This document shows positions 34,394 through 44,428 of a stretch of DNA of 64,000 nucleotides, piece after piece. Location: positions 1 to 64,000 of the forward strand of contig CAWJPJ010000007.1 of NCBI GenBank assembly GCA_963844715.1, written 5' to 3'. Source of the DNA: an uncultured Phycisphaerales bacterium (GTDB lineage Bacteria; Planctomycetota; Phycisphaerae; Tepidisphaerales; Tepidisphaeraceae). The translations under genes and the position numbers were made by a program. Position 1 is the stretch's first letter; each line of letters starts with the position of its first letter. The notes beneath the pieces are model-generated. The model saw only the letters and a program-made list of their open reading frames with translations, was not told where the DNA came from and searched no databases.

Positions 34394-35891
34394 ATCGCCC
34401 GTCAATTTCATACACCCGAATCTCCGGATTCGTATAGGCGCGCAAATTGAAATCCGGCTTGCTCCACCAGACCAGCGGATACCTCCGGAACAATTCCCGA
34501 TGCCAATCCACGTGCTCCTTGAACCAATCCAGCGAATCCGGGGCCGCCATCGCCTCCGGAATAAAATATCGCTCATACGCCGTATCCGCGACCGCGACAT
34601 ACGAGTATCCCTCCAGTCGCAGCAATGCGATCGACCCCAAATCCGGCCCACTCTGCACCACCGTCACTTCAATCCCATTCCCGATCGTTTTGGAAACCGG
34701 CAGCTTATGAAAATTCTCCTCCGCCAGCAGCCCCGCATAAAAATCCGCCGCGATCCGCGTCCCCGGCGGAAGATTCGCAATCGCCCAGGCCCGAAACCGA
34801 TCCCGGCTGTCGTCTCCAAACTGCTCAATCGCCGACGCACACCGCGGCACGCCAATGCCCAGAAAAATCGCCGCGAACAAAACCGTCGTCACCACCCGCC
34901 CTCTCCTGCCCATTCCCTCCATGATCCAAACCGCCGCCAGCGCCGCGGTCACATGCCCCATCAAAACCACCGGCAGCACATAGCGATGAAACGGAATCAC
35001 CGAAAACGAAAGCATCGCCAAAAACCCCGGCCCGATCAGCAGCGCCACCAAATCCCAACCGTTCCTCTTCCGCCAGGTGAGAATGAAAACGATCCACGCC
35101 AAAATCCCGCCCGCCAAAATCCACCAGGTCGCCTCGTCCGGCAATATGCGCAGAGAAAACAGATTCGGCCGATGCATCGTCAGCCCAAAATGGCTGGTCA
35201 CGCTATGTTCCACTTCCCCCTCGAACGATTCCCGAAAATTCGAAAGCCGGTTCAAAGCGCGATAATTAATCCCCGCCGATAAAATCGCAAAACAAGCCAG
35301 CATGACCCCCACCCGCCCCAATCTCACGAGCCAATTCTTCGCCGGCGTAACCAGAACCACCGCCAGCCCCGGAACCAAAAACACCAATCCCGCATATTTC
35401 GCCGAAGCCGCCACCGCACACGCCAATCCCACCAGCCCCGCCCCCGTCCACGACCTCCTCACAAACGCCCATCGCGTCATCAGCAGCACGAGCAAAAGCC
35501 CCATCGCCAGCCCCGCGTCCTCCTTGAAGTAATGCGCATAAACCAGCAGTGAAGAGCAGCACATCAGAGAAACGCCGACGAGAATTTCCCCAAAAATTCC
35601 CCCGCACAAAAACCCCAGCGCGCACCCAGCTGAGATCGCCACTGCCGCGAACACCGCCGAAACATCCCGCCCCGCATGCGCCACCGCCTGCGTATTCCGC
35701 GCCACTCCGCCCCAATCGACCACCCGCTGCGTGCACTCCAGCAAGAGCTGCGGATGCAAAAAATTCCGAAACCCCTCAGAAGAAAGAATCTGCTCCGTCT
35801 TCGTAGGCTCGTCCGGGTGATACCCAAAAGGAAAATCGTTATGCCGCGTGCAAAGCCAGAGTTCGGCGGCAAACGCCCCTACGAGGATCAA
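34368..35891 (-). CDS. ArnT/PMT-family (GT-C) glycosyltransferase; true start uncertain
   Basis: YHPDEP; AHYFKED; AASAKYAG; RYVLP; many TM segments. Confidence 0.75.
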   Translation of the reverse strand: MILVGAFAAELWLCTRHNDFPFGYHPDEPTKTEQILSSEGFRNFLHPQLLLECTQRVVDWGGVARNTQAVAHAGRDVSAVFAAVAISAGCALGFLCGGIFGEILVGVSLMCCSSLLVYAHYFKEDAGLAMGLLLVLLMTRWAFVRRSWTGAGLVGLACAVAASAKYAGLVFLVPGLAVVLVTPAKNWLVRLGRVGVMLACFAILSAGINYRALNRLSNFRESFEGEVEHSVTSHFGLTMHRPNLFSLRILPDEATWWILAGGILAWIVFILTWRKRNGWDLVALLIGPGFLAMLSFSVIPFHRYVLPVVLMGHVTAALAAVWIMEGMGRRGRVVTTVLFAAIFLGIGVPRCASAIEQFGDDSRDRFRAWAIANLPPGTRIAADFYAGLLAEENFHKLPVSKTIGNGIEVTVVQSGPDLGSIALLRLEGYSYVAVADTAYERYFIPEAMAAPDSLDWFKEHVDWHRELFRRYPLVWWSKPDFNLRAYTNPEIRVYEIDGRSRSPSSRP

Positions 35892-35900
35892 AAGAAACGC

Positions 35901-35982
35901 TGAATGCTGAATGATGAATGATGAATGATGAATGAGATGCGCCGTCTTCTTTATTCATCATTCGGCGTTCATCATTCAGCAT
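35901..35982. repeat. Heptamer tandem repeats (TGAATGA-type) in inverted arrangement
   Basis: tgaatgc-tgaatga x4 at 35901-35935, with complementary tcattc repeats at 35954-35982. Confidence 0.8.
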
Positions 35983-35986
35983 TTTC

Positions 35987-36878
35987 TTACGGGTGCATCA
36001 GCGGCATCGATCTGGCAAACCGCTCCGCCAATATCTGCCCCGTCGGATCGTTCATCGCCACGATTTCCGCCCGCACCTTTTCCACGCGGTCTTTCATGTC
36101 CGGATGGGTGCTCATGATCGACCCGCCCCCGGCCATTCCCTGCAATTGCTCGAGTCGTTCCAGGAAGTGGAGATAGCAATGCGGGTCGTAACCCGCCGCC
36201 GTCATGATCTGCACGCCCGCCTGATCCGCCGCGAATTCCTGCGGCTGCGTATACCCCGTCTTGGTGACCGCGTCGATGCAAGAGTCCGTCAATTGCGAGA
36301 ACTGCGCCGTCGGCCCCGCGGCGCTCAGCGCATCGGAAAACCCTGCGTTCTCCTCCGCCTTCTTCACCTGGTTCAATCCGTCGTGATGGCAGACATGCCC
36401 GACCTCATGCGCTAAAACCCCCGCCAGCTCCGCCTCGTTCTGCATCTTCTCCAGCGCCCTGCGCGTCACAAACACATATCCGTTCGGCCCCGAAAACGCG
36501 TTCACTTCGTCCGTGTTCAAAACCCCGAACACATAGTTCCCGCCGGGGTTCGGGCTCTGCGCTGGCCACCGTCAATCCCACCAGCGTCACATACGTCTCG
36601 ACCCGCACATCCTCATACACGCCGTAATGGCTCGTCAGTTGCGCCCCCACCGCCTGCCCCATGGCGTCCTCGTCCTTTTCACTCAGCGCCATGGCATTGG
36701 CTTCATGCCCGCCCGCCTTGATGAGCTGTCCCGTCGGCCCACCCACCATATTCCCCAGATTCTCCGAGTTGAACGGGCTGTTCGCCCCGCATCCCCCCGC
36801 CACCAGAAGCGCCGACAGCGCCCCAATTCCCGCCGCGGCCGTCAATCCCGATATAAACCATGCGCGTTTCATCTTCAT
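35987..36878 (-). CDS. M48-family metallopeptidase, probable lipoprotein (frameshift ~36555)
   Basis: VNAFSGPNGYVFVT; EAELAGVLAHEVGH; QEFAAD; STHP; LLVAGGC lipobox-like. Confidence 0.88.
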
Positions 36879-36894
36879 TTCCCTCGATTGCGGT

Positions 36895-37392
36895 TTATTG
36901 CGCGCCCGGCGCGTCAGGTCCCACTTTTCCCTCGGCGGTGAATTTCTCCCACAGCTTCGGATCGAAATGTTTCCGGAAGTCGATCAGCTTATTCATCGGC
37001 CCCGGATCGATGTTCTTGCTCGCCGCCCAGTCGTCCGCTTCCGGCGCCAGCCCCTTCCCCGCCGCGCCGCTGCTCATGTTCGACGCATCCGCTCCGGCCC
37101 CCAAACTCGCCAGCAGATTTCCGCCGCCCCCGACCTTCTCCGGCGAAGTCGCCCCGTCAAACACATATCCCTGTTGATCGTTCACCTGCACTTTGATCCA
37201 GTGCCCCTCGCGATCCACGACGGTCAATTCCGCCCCCTTCGTCGCCGTCGCGATCACCGGATAGACCGCTCCTTTGCCGGAGCGAATCTGTACCTGCTCG
37301 CTTTTGATCCAAACCGAATCCGCCAGCGCCCCCGCCGCCAGCATGCCCGTAGCAAAAAACATCACCCACGACGCCCTGCGTCCTTTATTCAT
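36895..37392 (-). CDS. Secreted bacterial SH3-domain protein
   Basis: Signal peptide; IRSGKGAVYPVIA...GAELTV....GHWIKV.....GYV; SSGAAGKGL. Confidence 0.8.
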   Translation of the reverse strand: MNKGRRASWVMFFATGMLAAGALADSVWIKSEQVQIRSGKGAVYPVIATATKGAELTVVDREGHWIKVQVNDQQGYVFDGATSPEKVGGGGNLLASLGAGADASNMSSGAAGKGLAPEADDWAASKNIDPGPMNKLIDFRKHFDPKLWEKFTAEGKVGPDAPGAQ

Positions 37393-37421
37393 AACCGCGA
37401 CCCTTTCATTTTTCTGGCGCT

Positions 37422-37469
37422 TTTCCCCTCTCCCCGTGTACTCACGGGGAGAGAGCAAGGGTGAGGGGC
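37422..37469 (+). repeat. REP-like palindrome (CCCCTCTCCCC...GGGGAGAG...GGGTGAGGGG); second copy at ~40515-40557
   Basis: Two intergenic copies, each with a hairpin and GGGTGA tail. Confidence 0.7.
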
Positions 37470-37486
37470 GGTATTTCGAATGCCGC

Positions 37487-39505
37487 TCACTTTTCCTTCG
37501 CCTCATAAGTTCCATCCCAATCACTCGCCGGCGGATGGCTCCGCAGCGCCGCAATTCGCGCCAGCAAAGCCTTCGCAGGCCCATCATCCGCGAAACGCTT
37601 TCCAAGCTCAAGCAATTCTTGCTCCGCCAAGTCCCACTTCTGCGCCTGATAATTCCCAAACGCCGACTCATAACCGCGAACCAATTCGTTGAGCGGTCCC
37701 CCATCCTTTTTTTCGGAAATCAACTCAAAAACCGCCATCGGCTTGCTCTTCCCCTTCACCTTCAGCAGGTCCACCCGCCGAAGCAAAAACTCATCCTTAA
37801 CCAGATCCGCCGTCGTCTGTGCCAGCAATATCCGCGTCCCGTAGAGCTTATTCGCTCCCTCCAATCGGCTCGCCAGATTCACCCCATCCCCCAGTGCCGT
37901 GTAGTTGAATAAATGGGATGATCCGACAAACCCCACCGCCGCGTCGGTCGTGTTGACCCCGATTCGCGTGAAAAGCTGCTTCGCCCCCAGCGCCGCCAGA
38001 TCCTCGCGGATCACATCCTCCCTCTGCGCGATCGCCAGCGCCGTCCGGCAAGCCCGCGCCGCGTGATCCTCCTGCGGCAGCGGCGCATTCCAGAAACACA
38101 TGATCGCGTCCCCGATGTACTTATCCAGCGTCCCCCCGTGCACCAGAACCTGATCCGACATCTCCCCCAGATACCGATTCAATAGTTCCCCCAGTTTCTG
38201 CACATCGATCGACTCGCTCATCGATGTGAAATTCGCCAAATCCGTGAAGAGCAGAGTCACATGCGTCCGGATCGTCCCCAGCGCCAGCCTCCCCGGCTCC
38301 CGCGCCAGTTCCTGCGCCACCGCCGGCGACACCACTTTCGACAATGCCTTCAGCATGAATTTCCGCTGCCGATCTTCCGCGAAGTAGGTCCACCCGAATG
38401 CCGCCATCCCCGCCACCGCCACCGCGATCAGCGGCCCCGTCGGCGCCAGCCACTGAATCTCGGGGCGCAGGAATAACTCCGCCCCCATGGCCACAATTCC
38501 GCCGATCCCCAATATCGGCCCCAGCAACTTGATGCCCGCGGGCCGCGGGAAGACGACCAGCAGCGCCGTAATTCCCGCCGCCAAAAGCGCCGCCCCCGCG
38601 CGGGTGCCGCGCGACACCGGCTGGACCGATTCGCCCGAAATCAAATTCTCAATCGCAGTCGCCTGAACCTCCACCCCCGGATATTCCGACGACAGCGGCG
38701 AAGCCTTCAGGTCGTACGTCCCCGCTGTAATCGCACCGACCAGCACGATCTTGTCCTTGAACCAGTCGGGCGAAATCCCGGTCTGCTTTTCCGACCCCGG
38801 CGTCAGCGCTGTCGCCAATACGTGCGACGCCGATACAAATCGAAACGTCGATTTCCCATCCGCCGTGACATGCGGCCCATAGTAATGCAGTAAAAACGGC
38901 CGATCCGTTGGCAGTTTCGCCTCGTCCCCCGCCGCCAAAACCGCCGCCAGCGCGATGCTCGGTTTCCCGTATACCTCGGGTTCATAGCGCCGGTAAGTCA
39001 CATTGTTCCCCACATTCACCGCCCCCAAACTCGCCCGCGTCGCCGGCGGCGCAAAATGGTCCCAGCTCCCGTCCTTCTCCACCAGCGACCCAAACACCAC
39101 CGGCGTCTTCAATCCCCCCACGATCGTCGCGAACGTGTCATCATCCCCCGTGCTGTTTTCATAAACGCTCGTCTGATCGAAGATCAAATCCAGCGCCACC
39201 GCCTTCGCCCCGCACTTCTGCGCATACTCCGCAATATGCCCCCAAAACTCCCGCGGCCACGGCCACCCGAACTTCATCCCCTCATCCACTTCCGCCAGGC
39301 TCTTGTCATCCACCGCCACAATCACCACCGGCCCATCCACCCGGCTGTCCACCGGCCGAAGCCGGTAAAACGCATCGTAAAATGCGTTGTCCCCCTTCTC
39401 CACCACATCCCGCAGCAGAGGCGCCCGCTCGCAAACCCAGGCCGCAAGCCAGGCCAGGGCCACGATCCCCAGACAAACCGAGATGCGCCGAAAAAAGTGC
39501 TTCAC
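37487..39505 (-). CDS. CHASE2-domain class III adenylate cyclase
   Basis: VIVAVDDKSL; WPWPR; PGVEVQATAIENL; LLFTDLANFT; LDKYIGDAIM; YTALGDGVNLASRLEG; likely GTG start at 39505. Confidence 0.92.
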   Translation of the reverse strand: MKHFFRRISVCLGIVALAWLAAWVCERAPLLRDVVEKGDNAFYDAFYRLRPVDSRVDGPVVIVAVDDKSLAEVDEGMKFGWPWPREFWGHIAEYAQKCGAKAVALDLIFDQTSVYENSTGDDDTFATIVGGLKTPVVFGSLVEKDGSWDHFAPPATRASLGAVNVGNNVTYRRYEPEVYGKPSIALAAVLAAGDEAKLPTDRPFLLHYYGPHVTADGKSTFRFVSASHVLATALTPGSEKQTGISPDWFKDKIVLVGAITAGTYDLKASPLSSEYPGVEVQATAIENLISGESVQPVSRGTRAGAALLAAGITALLVVFPRPAGIKLLGPILGIGGIVAMGAELFLRPEIQWLAPTGPLIAVAVAGMAAFGWTYFAEDRQRKFMLKALSKVVSPAVAQELAREPGRLALGTIRTHVTLLFTDLANFTSMSESIDVQKLGELLNRYLGEMSDQVLVHGGTLDKYIGDAIMCFWNAPLPQEDHAARACRTALAIAQREDVIREDLAALGAKQLFTRIGVNTTDAAVGFVGSSHLFNYTALGDGVNLASRLEGANKLYGTRILLAQTTADLVKDEFLLRRVDLLKVKGKSKPMAVFELISEKKDGGPLNELVRGYESAFGNYQAQKWDLAEQELLELGKRFADDGPAKALLARIAALRSHPPASDWDGTYEAKEK

Positions 39506-39536
39506 CGGGGGGATAGTGTAACGCCAAATCCTGGCC

Positions 39537-39699
39537 AATGACGAAATTCGAATGACGAATGTGCGATAGCATCCGCCGTGGCGGGACGAATCAATGAACG
39601 AATGCTCGAACCGCCATTTTCGAACATTGGAGCATTGGAATTTGATTCGTCCCGCCACGGCGGATGCTATCGCACATTTGTCATTCGAATTTCGTCATT
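39537..39699. repeat. MITE/REP-like element with ~58-bp inverted arms
   Basis: AATGACGAAATTCGAATGACGAATGTGCGATAGCATCCGCCGTGGCGGGACGAATCAA and its near-perfect reverse complement; partial copy at ~51105-51160. Confidence 0.85.
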
Positions 39700-39958
39700 C
39701 CCCAATTCAACCGCGATCCGGTGCCGTAGAAAAATGATGCGCGGTTTCCCATGAGTATATTTTTTTTGTCGAGAACATTGCGCCGATTTCCGATACCTTC
39801 TTCGGACAGGAGTTGTGCATTTGTACGCTGGGGCATCGATGGGCCGTTCCCGCATTCCTTAGATTCAACCGCGCACTCTGGGGATCGTTCAAGTGTTCAA
39901 TATTTTAAGCCGCCCCGTTTCATTTTATGGGGTGCGGCATATGAAAGGCGTTCGAGCG

Positions 39959-40495
39959 ATGATGTTTGGTTTTTTGAAAAAAGCAGAGTCGAAGCAGTGT
40001 CCGGAACTTCCGCACCCGCGAACCATTTCCAGCGAAATCGTCGACCAGCTCACCGAGGCCGGCGCCCCGGCCGATCCCGATCCGTCCGATCGCAGGGAAG
40101 CGGTTCGCATCTGCGTCGGCACACGCGCTAAAATTCGCGTCGGAAGTCCCGACGCCCCTCTCGTCACCGGCATGGTTCGCGATCTTTCCTGCAAGAGCGT
40201 CGGCCTGCTCATGGAATTCCCGCCGCGCCTGAATGAACTGTGCTGGATCTACATCCCCAAGCGCATCGACCCCACCGACCACATCGCCATGGCCGCCACC
40301 ATTTCCCGCTGCGCTCGCGGCGGTTTGGACAAGTCCATTTTCCACGTCGCCGCCATGTTCGTAGAGGGAGAAGCCCCAGCCCTCCCCAAGCCGCAGGAGC
40401 CCGAACCCGCCAAAGCCCCCGTCATCGCGCGCACCAGCTTCAAGTCGTCCCTCTTCGCCCCACAACACCCGTCGATCGCGCCCGACCCAAAATAA
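39959..40495 (+). CDS. PilZ-domain protein
   Basis: DRREAVR (RxxxR) and VRDLSCKSVGL (DxSxxG variant); start uncertain. Confidence 0.7.
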   Translation: MMFGFLKKAESKQCPELPHPRTISSEIVDQLTEAGAPADPDPSDRREAVRICVGTRAKIRVGSPDAPLVTGMVRDLSCKSVGLLMEFPPRLNELCWIYIPKRIDPTDHIAMAATISRCARGGLDKSIFHVAAMFVEGEAPALPKPQEPEPAKAPVIARTSFKSSLFAPQHPSIAPDPK

Positions 40496-40648
40496 ACGAA
40501 CGATGTGCCGCGCCTTTCCCCTCTCCCCGGTATGCCGGGGAGAGGCCGGGTGATGGGCAATTCGTCATTTGTCATTCGAATTTCGTCATTCCCCCAAAAC
40601 CCCTCCCCTCGACGCCCCGCCCCAATTCGGTCAAAATCCCCCTTCGCA

Positions 40649-42230
40649 ATGCCGCTGGCGGAACTTCACTTCAATCTCGAAGAATGGATTCCCACCTTTT
40701 CTGAGGTCATCCGTGCCCTTTCCACCGGCGTCGCCGTCTTCGTCATCGGGATGCTCGTTTACCTCGGACTCCGAAAATACATCCTCCGCACCCGCCTCAC
40801 CGCCGCCTCCCTCGTCACCATCATCGCCCTGGCGATCTACTTCGGATTCATCGCCGGCAAGCCCAAGCAGATGCTCAGTGGCGAGGACACCATCGCCATC
40901 TGGATCCACCGCTTCTTCGCCGCCGCCATTCTCTTTGCCGCCCTCCGCGCCCTCGACCGCCTGCTCATCGTCCCCATCCTCTCGCGCGGCGGCCGCGTCC
41001 CCGTCTCCCGCTTCATCCACCAGATCGTCAACATCGTCATGGCCTGCTTCGCCGTTCTCAGCTTCGGAGCCTGGGCCTTCGGCTGGAACATTCAGGGCTT
41101 CCTCGCCGGCTCGGCGGTCGTCTCCATCGTCCTCGGCCTGGCTTTCAGGAAACCCTCGGCAACTTCTTCAGCGGGCTGGTCATGCAGGCCGCCAGCCCAT
41201 TCGCCATCGGCGACTGGATCGTCTGCGCCGGCGTCGAAGGCCGCATCGTGGACATGACCTGGCGGGCCGTCACCATCCACACGCTTGAGGACAACCACGT
41301 CATCATCCCCAACGGCACCGTCGCCGCGCGCAAATCGTCAACTTCAACACCCCCACAACCGCCACCGCGCGAACCGTCCAGGTCGGGCTCCACTACGACC
41401 ATCCCCCCGCGCAGGCCATGCAACTGCTGAAAAAAACCGCCCTGGAAACCGAAGGCGTCGCCTCCAAGCCGGAACCGATCGTTTTCCTCGATTCCTTCGA
41501 CGACTCCGCCATCACCTACGTCGTCAAATTCTGGATCACCGAGCCTCCCAATCATGTCAGAATCGAAACCGAGGTGCGCACCAACATCTGGTACCGCGTG
41601 AAGGAAAAGGGGTTCAGCATCCCGTTCCCCATGCGGACCGTCGAGCACATCGACCTGGACAAGAAGACCCAGGCGCAGGCCGAAACCACTGCCCGCGACC
41701 GCTACAACGCCATCAAAAATCTCTGGCTATTCACCCCCCTCTCCGAAGACGAAAAGCTCAAGCTCGCCAAAGGCGCAACCGACCTCTTCCTCGCCAATGG
41801 GCAGGTCCTCTTCCGCCAAAACGACGCCGGCGATTCGCTTTACGTCGTCCGCTCGGGCGCCGTCGACGTCCTGATCGACCAGCCGGACGGCTCCCAGGCC
41901 AAAGTCGCCACGCTCCCGGCCGGGAATTTCTTCGGCGAAATGTCCGCCCTCACCGGACAGCCCCGCACCGCCACCATCCGCGCCAGCGGAGAACTCTGCT
42001 GCGTGGTCATCGGAAAAGACGACTTAAACGCCGTCTTCACCGCCGACCCCGCCATGATGGAAAAAATCAGTGAGGTGATCGCCGAAAGAAATGCCCACCG
42101 CGCCAAAATCCAGGCCAGCGCCACCGCCAGCGCCGCAGCCAAAACCGAGGACGTCAAGACCGAACAGAAATCTCTACTGGGACGGATGCTGAAGTTTTTC
42201 GGCCGCGGCGCCCCCGATGATTCCCATTAA
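40649..42230 (+). CDS. MscS mechanosensitive channel with C-terminal cyclic-nucleotide-binding domain (two frameshifts)
   Basis: GSAVVSIVLGLA; PFAIGDWI; IIPN; IPFP; FRQNDAGDSLY; FFGEMSALTGQPRTATIRA. Confidence 0.88.
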
Positions 42231-43151
42231 CGCCCCCCCGTTATTTCCCCCGACATTACTTCCCCCGACATTATTTCCCCTGGCCACGCGCTTCCGCCCG
42301 AAAGCATCCGTCTCCGTCATCACGCGCGACGCCCGGTCCGTCGAAAAATCCCGCCCGTTTTTAAGCTCTCGCAATCGCTTCCGAGCCTGCGCCACGTATT
42401 CGTTGCTCTGATCGATTCCGAGATAGCTCCGCCCCAATCGCGCCGCCGAAACGCACGTCGTCCCGCTCCCGTTGAACGGATCCAGCACCAAATCCCCGGG
42501 GTTGCTGCTTGCCAGCACAATCCGGTCCAGCACGCCCAGCGGCATCTGACAACCGTGCCACCCCTCCCGCTCCCCAAACGTCCCGCACACCCGGCTGACG
42601 TTCCACGTGTCGGCTTCCGCCTGGAACAATTCCCCGTTCGTCTGCTGCGGCCGCAGATACCAAACATCGTCGGGCAGCTTCCCCTTCGGGTTCGCCCGCC
42701 GATCCGCATACGTCGTCTGCCGAGCGCTCGCCACGCGAACCGCGTCTGCATTAAACGTGAACCCCTCATCGCTCTTCGTAAAATACAAAATATGCGTATG
42801 GCTCTTGGCAAACATCTTCTTGGTCTGCTGCCCGAACGTGTAATGCCAGATGATCCAATTCCGCAGATGAAACCCGATCTTCCGCCGCGCGATCACGCAT
42901 AAATCCGCCGCGTATTCGTCCCCAATCGCGAGATAAAACGACCCCGAAGGCTTCAGCGCCCGCCACACCGACCGCATCCACTCCTCGCTGAATTGAAGAT
43001 AGTCGTCCGTATTCCGTTCATCGTTATATCCATGATACAGGTACCCGATATTGAATGGCGGGTCCGCGAAAACCAGGTCCACCCACCCCTCCGGCTCCGC
43101 GTTAAGCAACTTGATGCAATTCCCTTTATGAATTTTGTTCGCTTCCAGCAT
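42174..43151 (-). CDS. Beta-class N6/N4 DNA methyltransferase (orphan)
   Basis: FADPPFN precedes VLDPFNGSGTT; start MLEANKIHKGNC. Confidence 0.9.
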   Translation of the reverse strand: MLEANKIHKGNCIKLLNAEPEGWVDLVFADPPFNIGYLYHGYNDERNTDDYLQFSEEWMRSVWRALKPSGSFYLAIGDEYAADLCVIARRKIGFHLRNWIIWHYTFGQQTKKMFAKSHTHILYFTKSDEGFTFNADAVRVASARQTTYADRRANPKGKLPDDVWYLRPQQTNGELFQAEADTWNVSRVCGTFGEREGWHGCQMPLGVLDRIVLASSNPGDLVLDPFNGSGTTCVSAARLGRSYLGIDQSNEYVAQARKRLRELKNGRDFSTDRASRVMTETDAFGRKRVARGNNVGGSNVGGNNGGALMGIIGGAAAEKLQHPSQ

Positions 43152-43217
43152 GGGCGGGCATTTTACACACCGCCGCGCACGTTTATCGACTTTCATCTCC
43201 GTTATAATCAGAGCATC

Positions 43218-44310
43218 GTGTCCGACCCCGATCGATCCGTCCTCCGCCTCCTCGACGCCAACGCCAACCGCGCCCGCGAGGCCCTCCGCGTCCTCGAGGA
43301 CGCGGCCCGTTTCATCCTCAACCGCGCCGATTTGACGGCCCAACTCAAATCCCTCCGGCACGACCTGACGCAAATCCTCCTCCCCTTCCTCCCCGGAGCC
43401 CTGATCCAGCGCGACACCCCGGGCGACGTCGGCACCGACATCAAAACTCCCGCGGAACAATCGCGCCCGGATGTCCAAGCCGTCGCCATCGCCGCCGGCA
43501 AGCGCCTGGGCGAAGCCCTTCGCTCCCTCGAAGAATTCCTAAAAACCGCGAGCCCCGAATCCGCGAGAAATATCGAACGCCTCCGCTATCGCTTCTACGA
43601 TGTGGAGCAAACCCTCACTCTCGCCCTAACCCCCAATCGTTTCGCCACAGTCCGCCTCTACGTCCTAATCACCGAATCCGCCTGCAAAAACCCCTGGCTG
43701 CAAACCGCCGAAGAGGCCATCGCCGGCGGCGCCGATTGCCTCCAGCTCCGCGAAAAAGATCTCCCCGCCGCCGAGCTGCTTTCCCGAGCCCAAAAGCTAG
43801 CCGACCTCTGCCGCAAAAATCGCGTCCTCTTCATCGTCAACGACCGCCCCGACATCGCCGCCCTTTGCGACGCCGACGGCGTCCACCTGGGCCAGCAAGA
43901 CCTCCCCGCCAAAGACGCCCGAAAATCCTGGGCGCTCAAAAATCATCGGCGTCAGCACCCACAACCCCACCCAGGCCCACCAGGCCGTCGCCGCTGGCGC
44001 CGATTACATCGGCGTAGGTCCAATCTTCAAAAGCCCCACCAAACCCCGCGATTTTTTGCCCGGCCTGGAGTATGCTGCCGCCGTCGCCGCCGACCCAGCG
44101 ATCCCGATCCCGAAAATCGCCATCGCAGGCATCGGACCTGGAAATATCGGACAAGTATTGGCGACAGGAATCAGGTCAGTAGCCGTAACCAGCGCGGTCA
44201 CTGAAGCCGCCGACGTTCGAGCGGCCGCAAGGAAATTGAAGGAGCTAATAACGAATGAAAACCCGAAACCCGAAACCAGAATGACGAATCAAGCCCGAAT
44301 GCCCAAATGA
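43218..44310 (+). CDS. thiE: Thiamine-phosphate synthase with N-terminal ThiD2-type extension (frameshift ~43935)
   Basis: RLLDANANRAREALRVLED; QLREK; NDRPD; DGVHLGQQD; IAGIG. Confidence 0.9.
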
Positions 44311-44388
44311 CCGAAACGGCATCTGGCTTATTCCGTCATTCGGTCATTCGGATTTGATTCGGATTTCGGGTTTCTGGTTTCGGATTTC
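44256..44388. repeat. Heptamer-based inverted repeat element overlapping the thiE 3' end
   Basis: GAAACCCGAAACCAGAATGACGAATCAA ... TTGATTCGGATTTCGGGTTTCTGGTTTCGGATTTC. Confidence 0.7.
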
Positions 44389-44428
44389 AGTTCGCCATCG
44401 ATCGATCAGCAGCTCGAAAAGGACAAGG

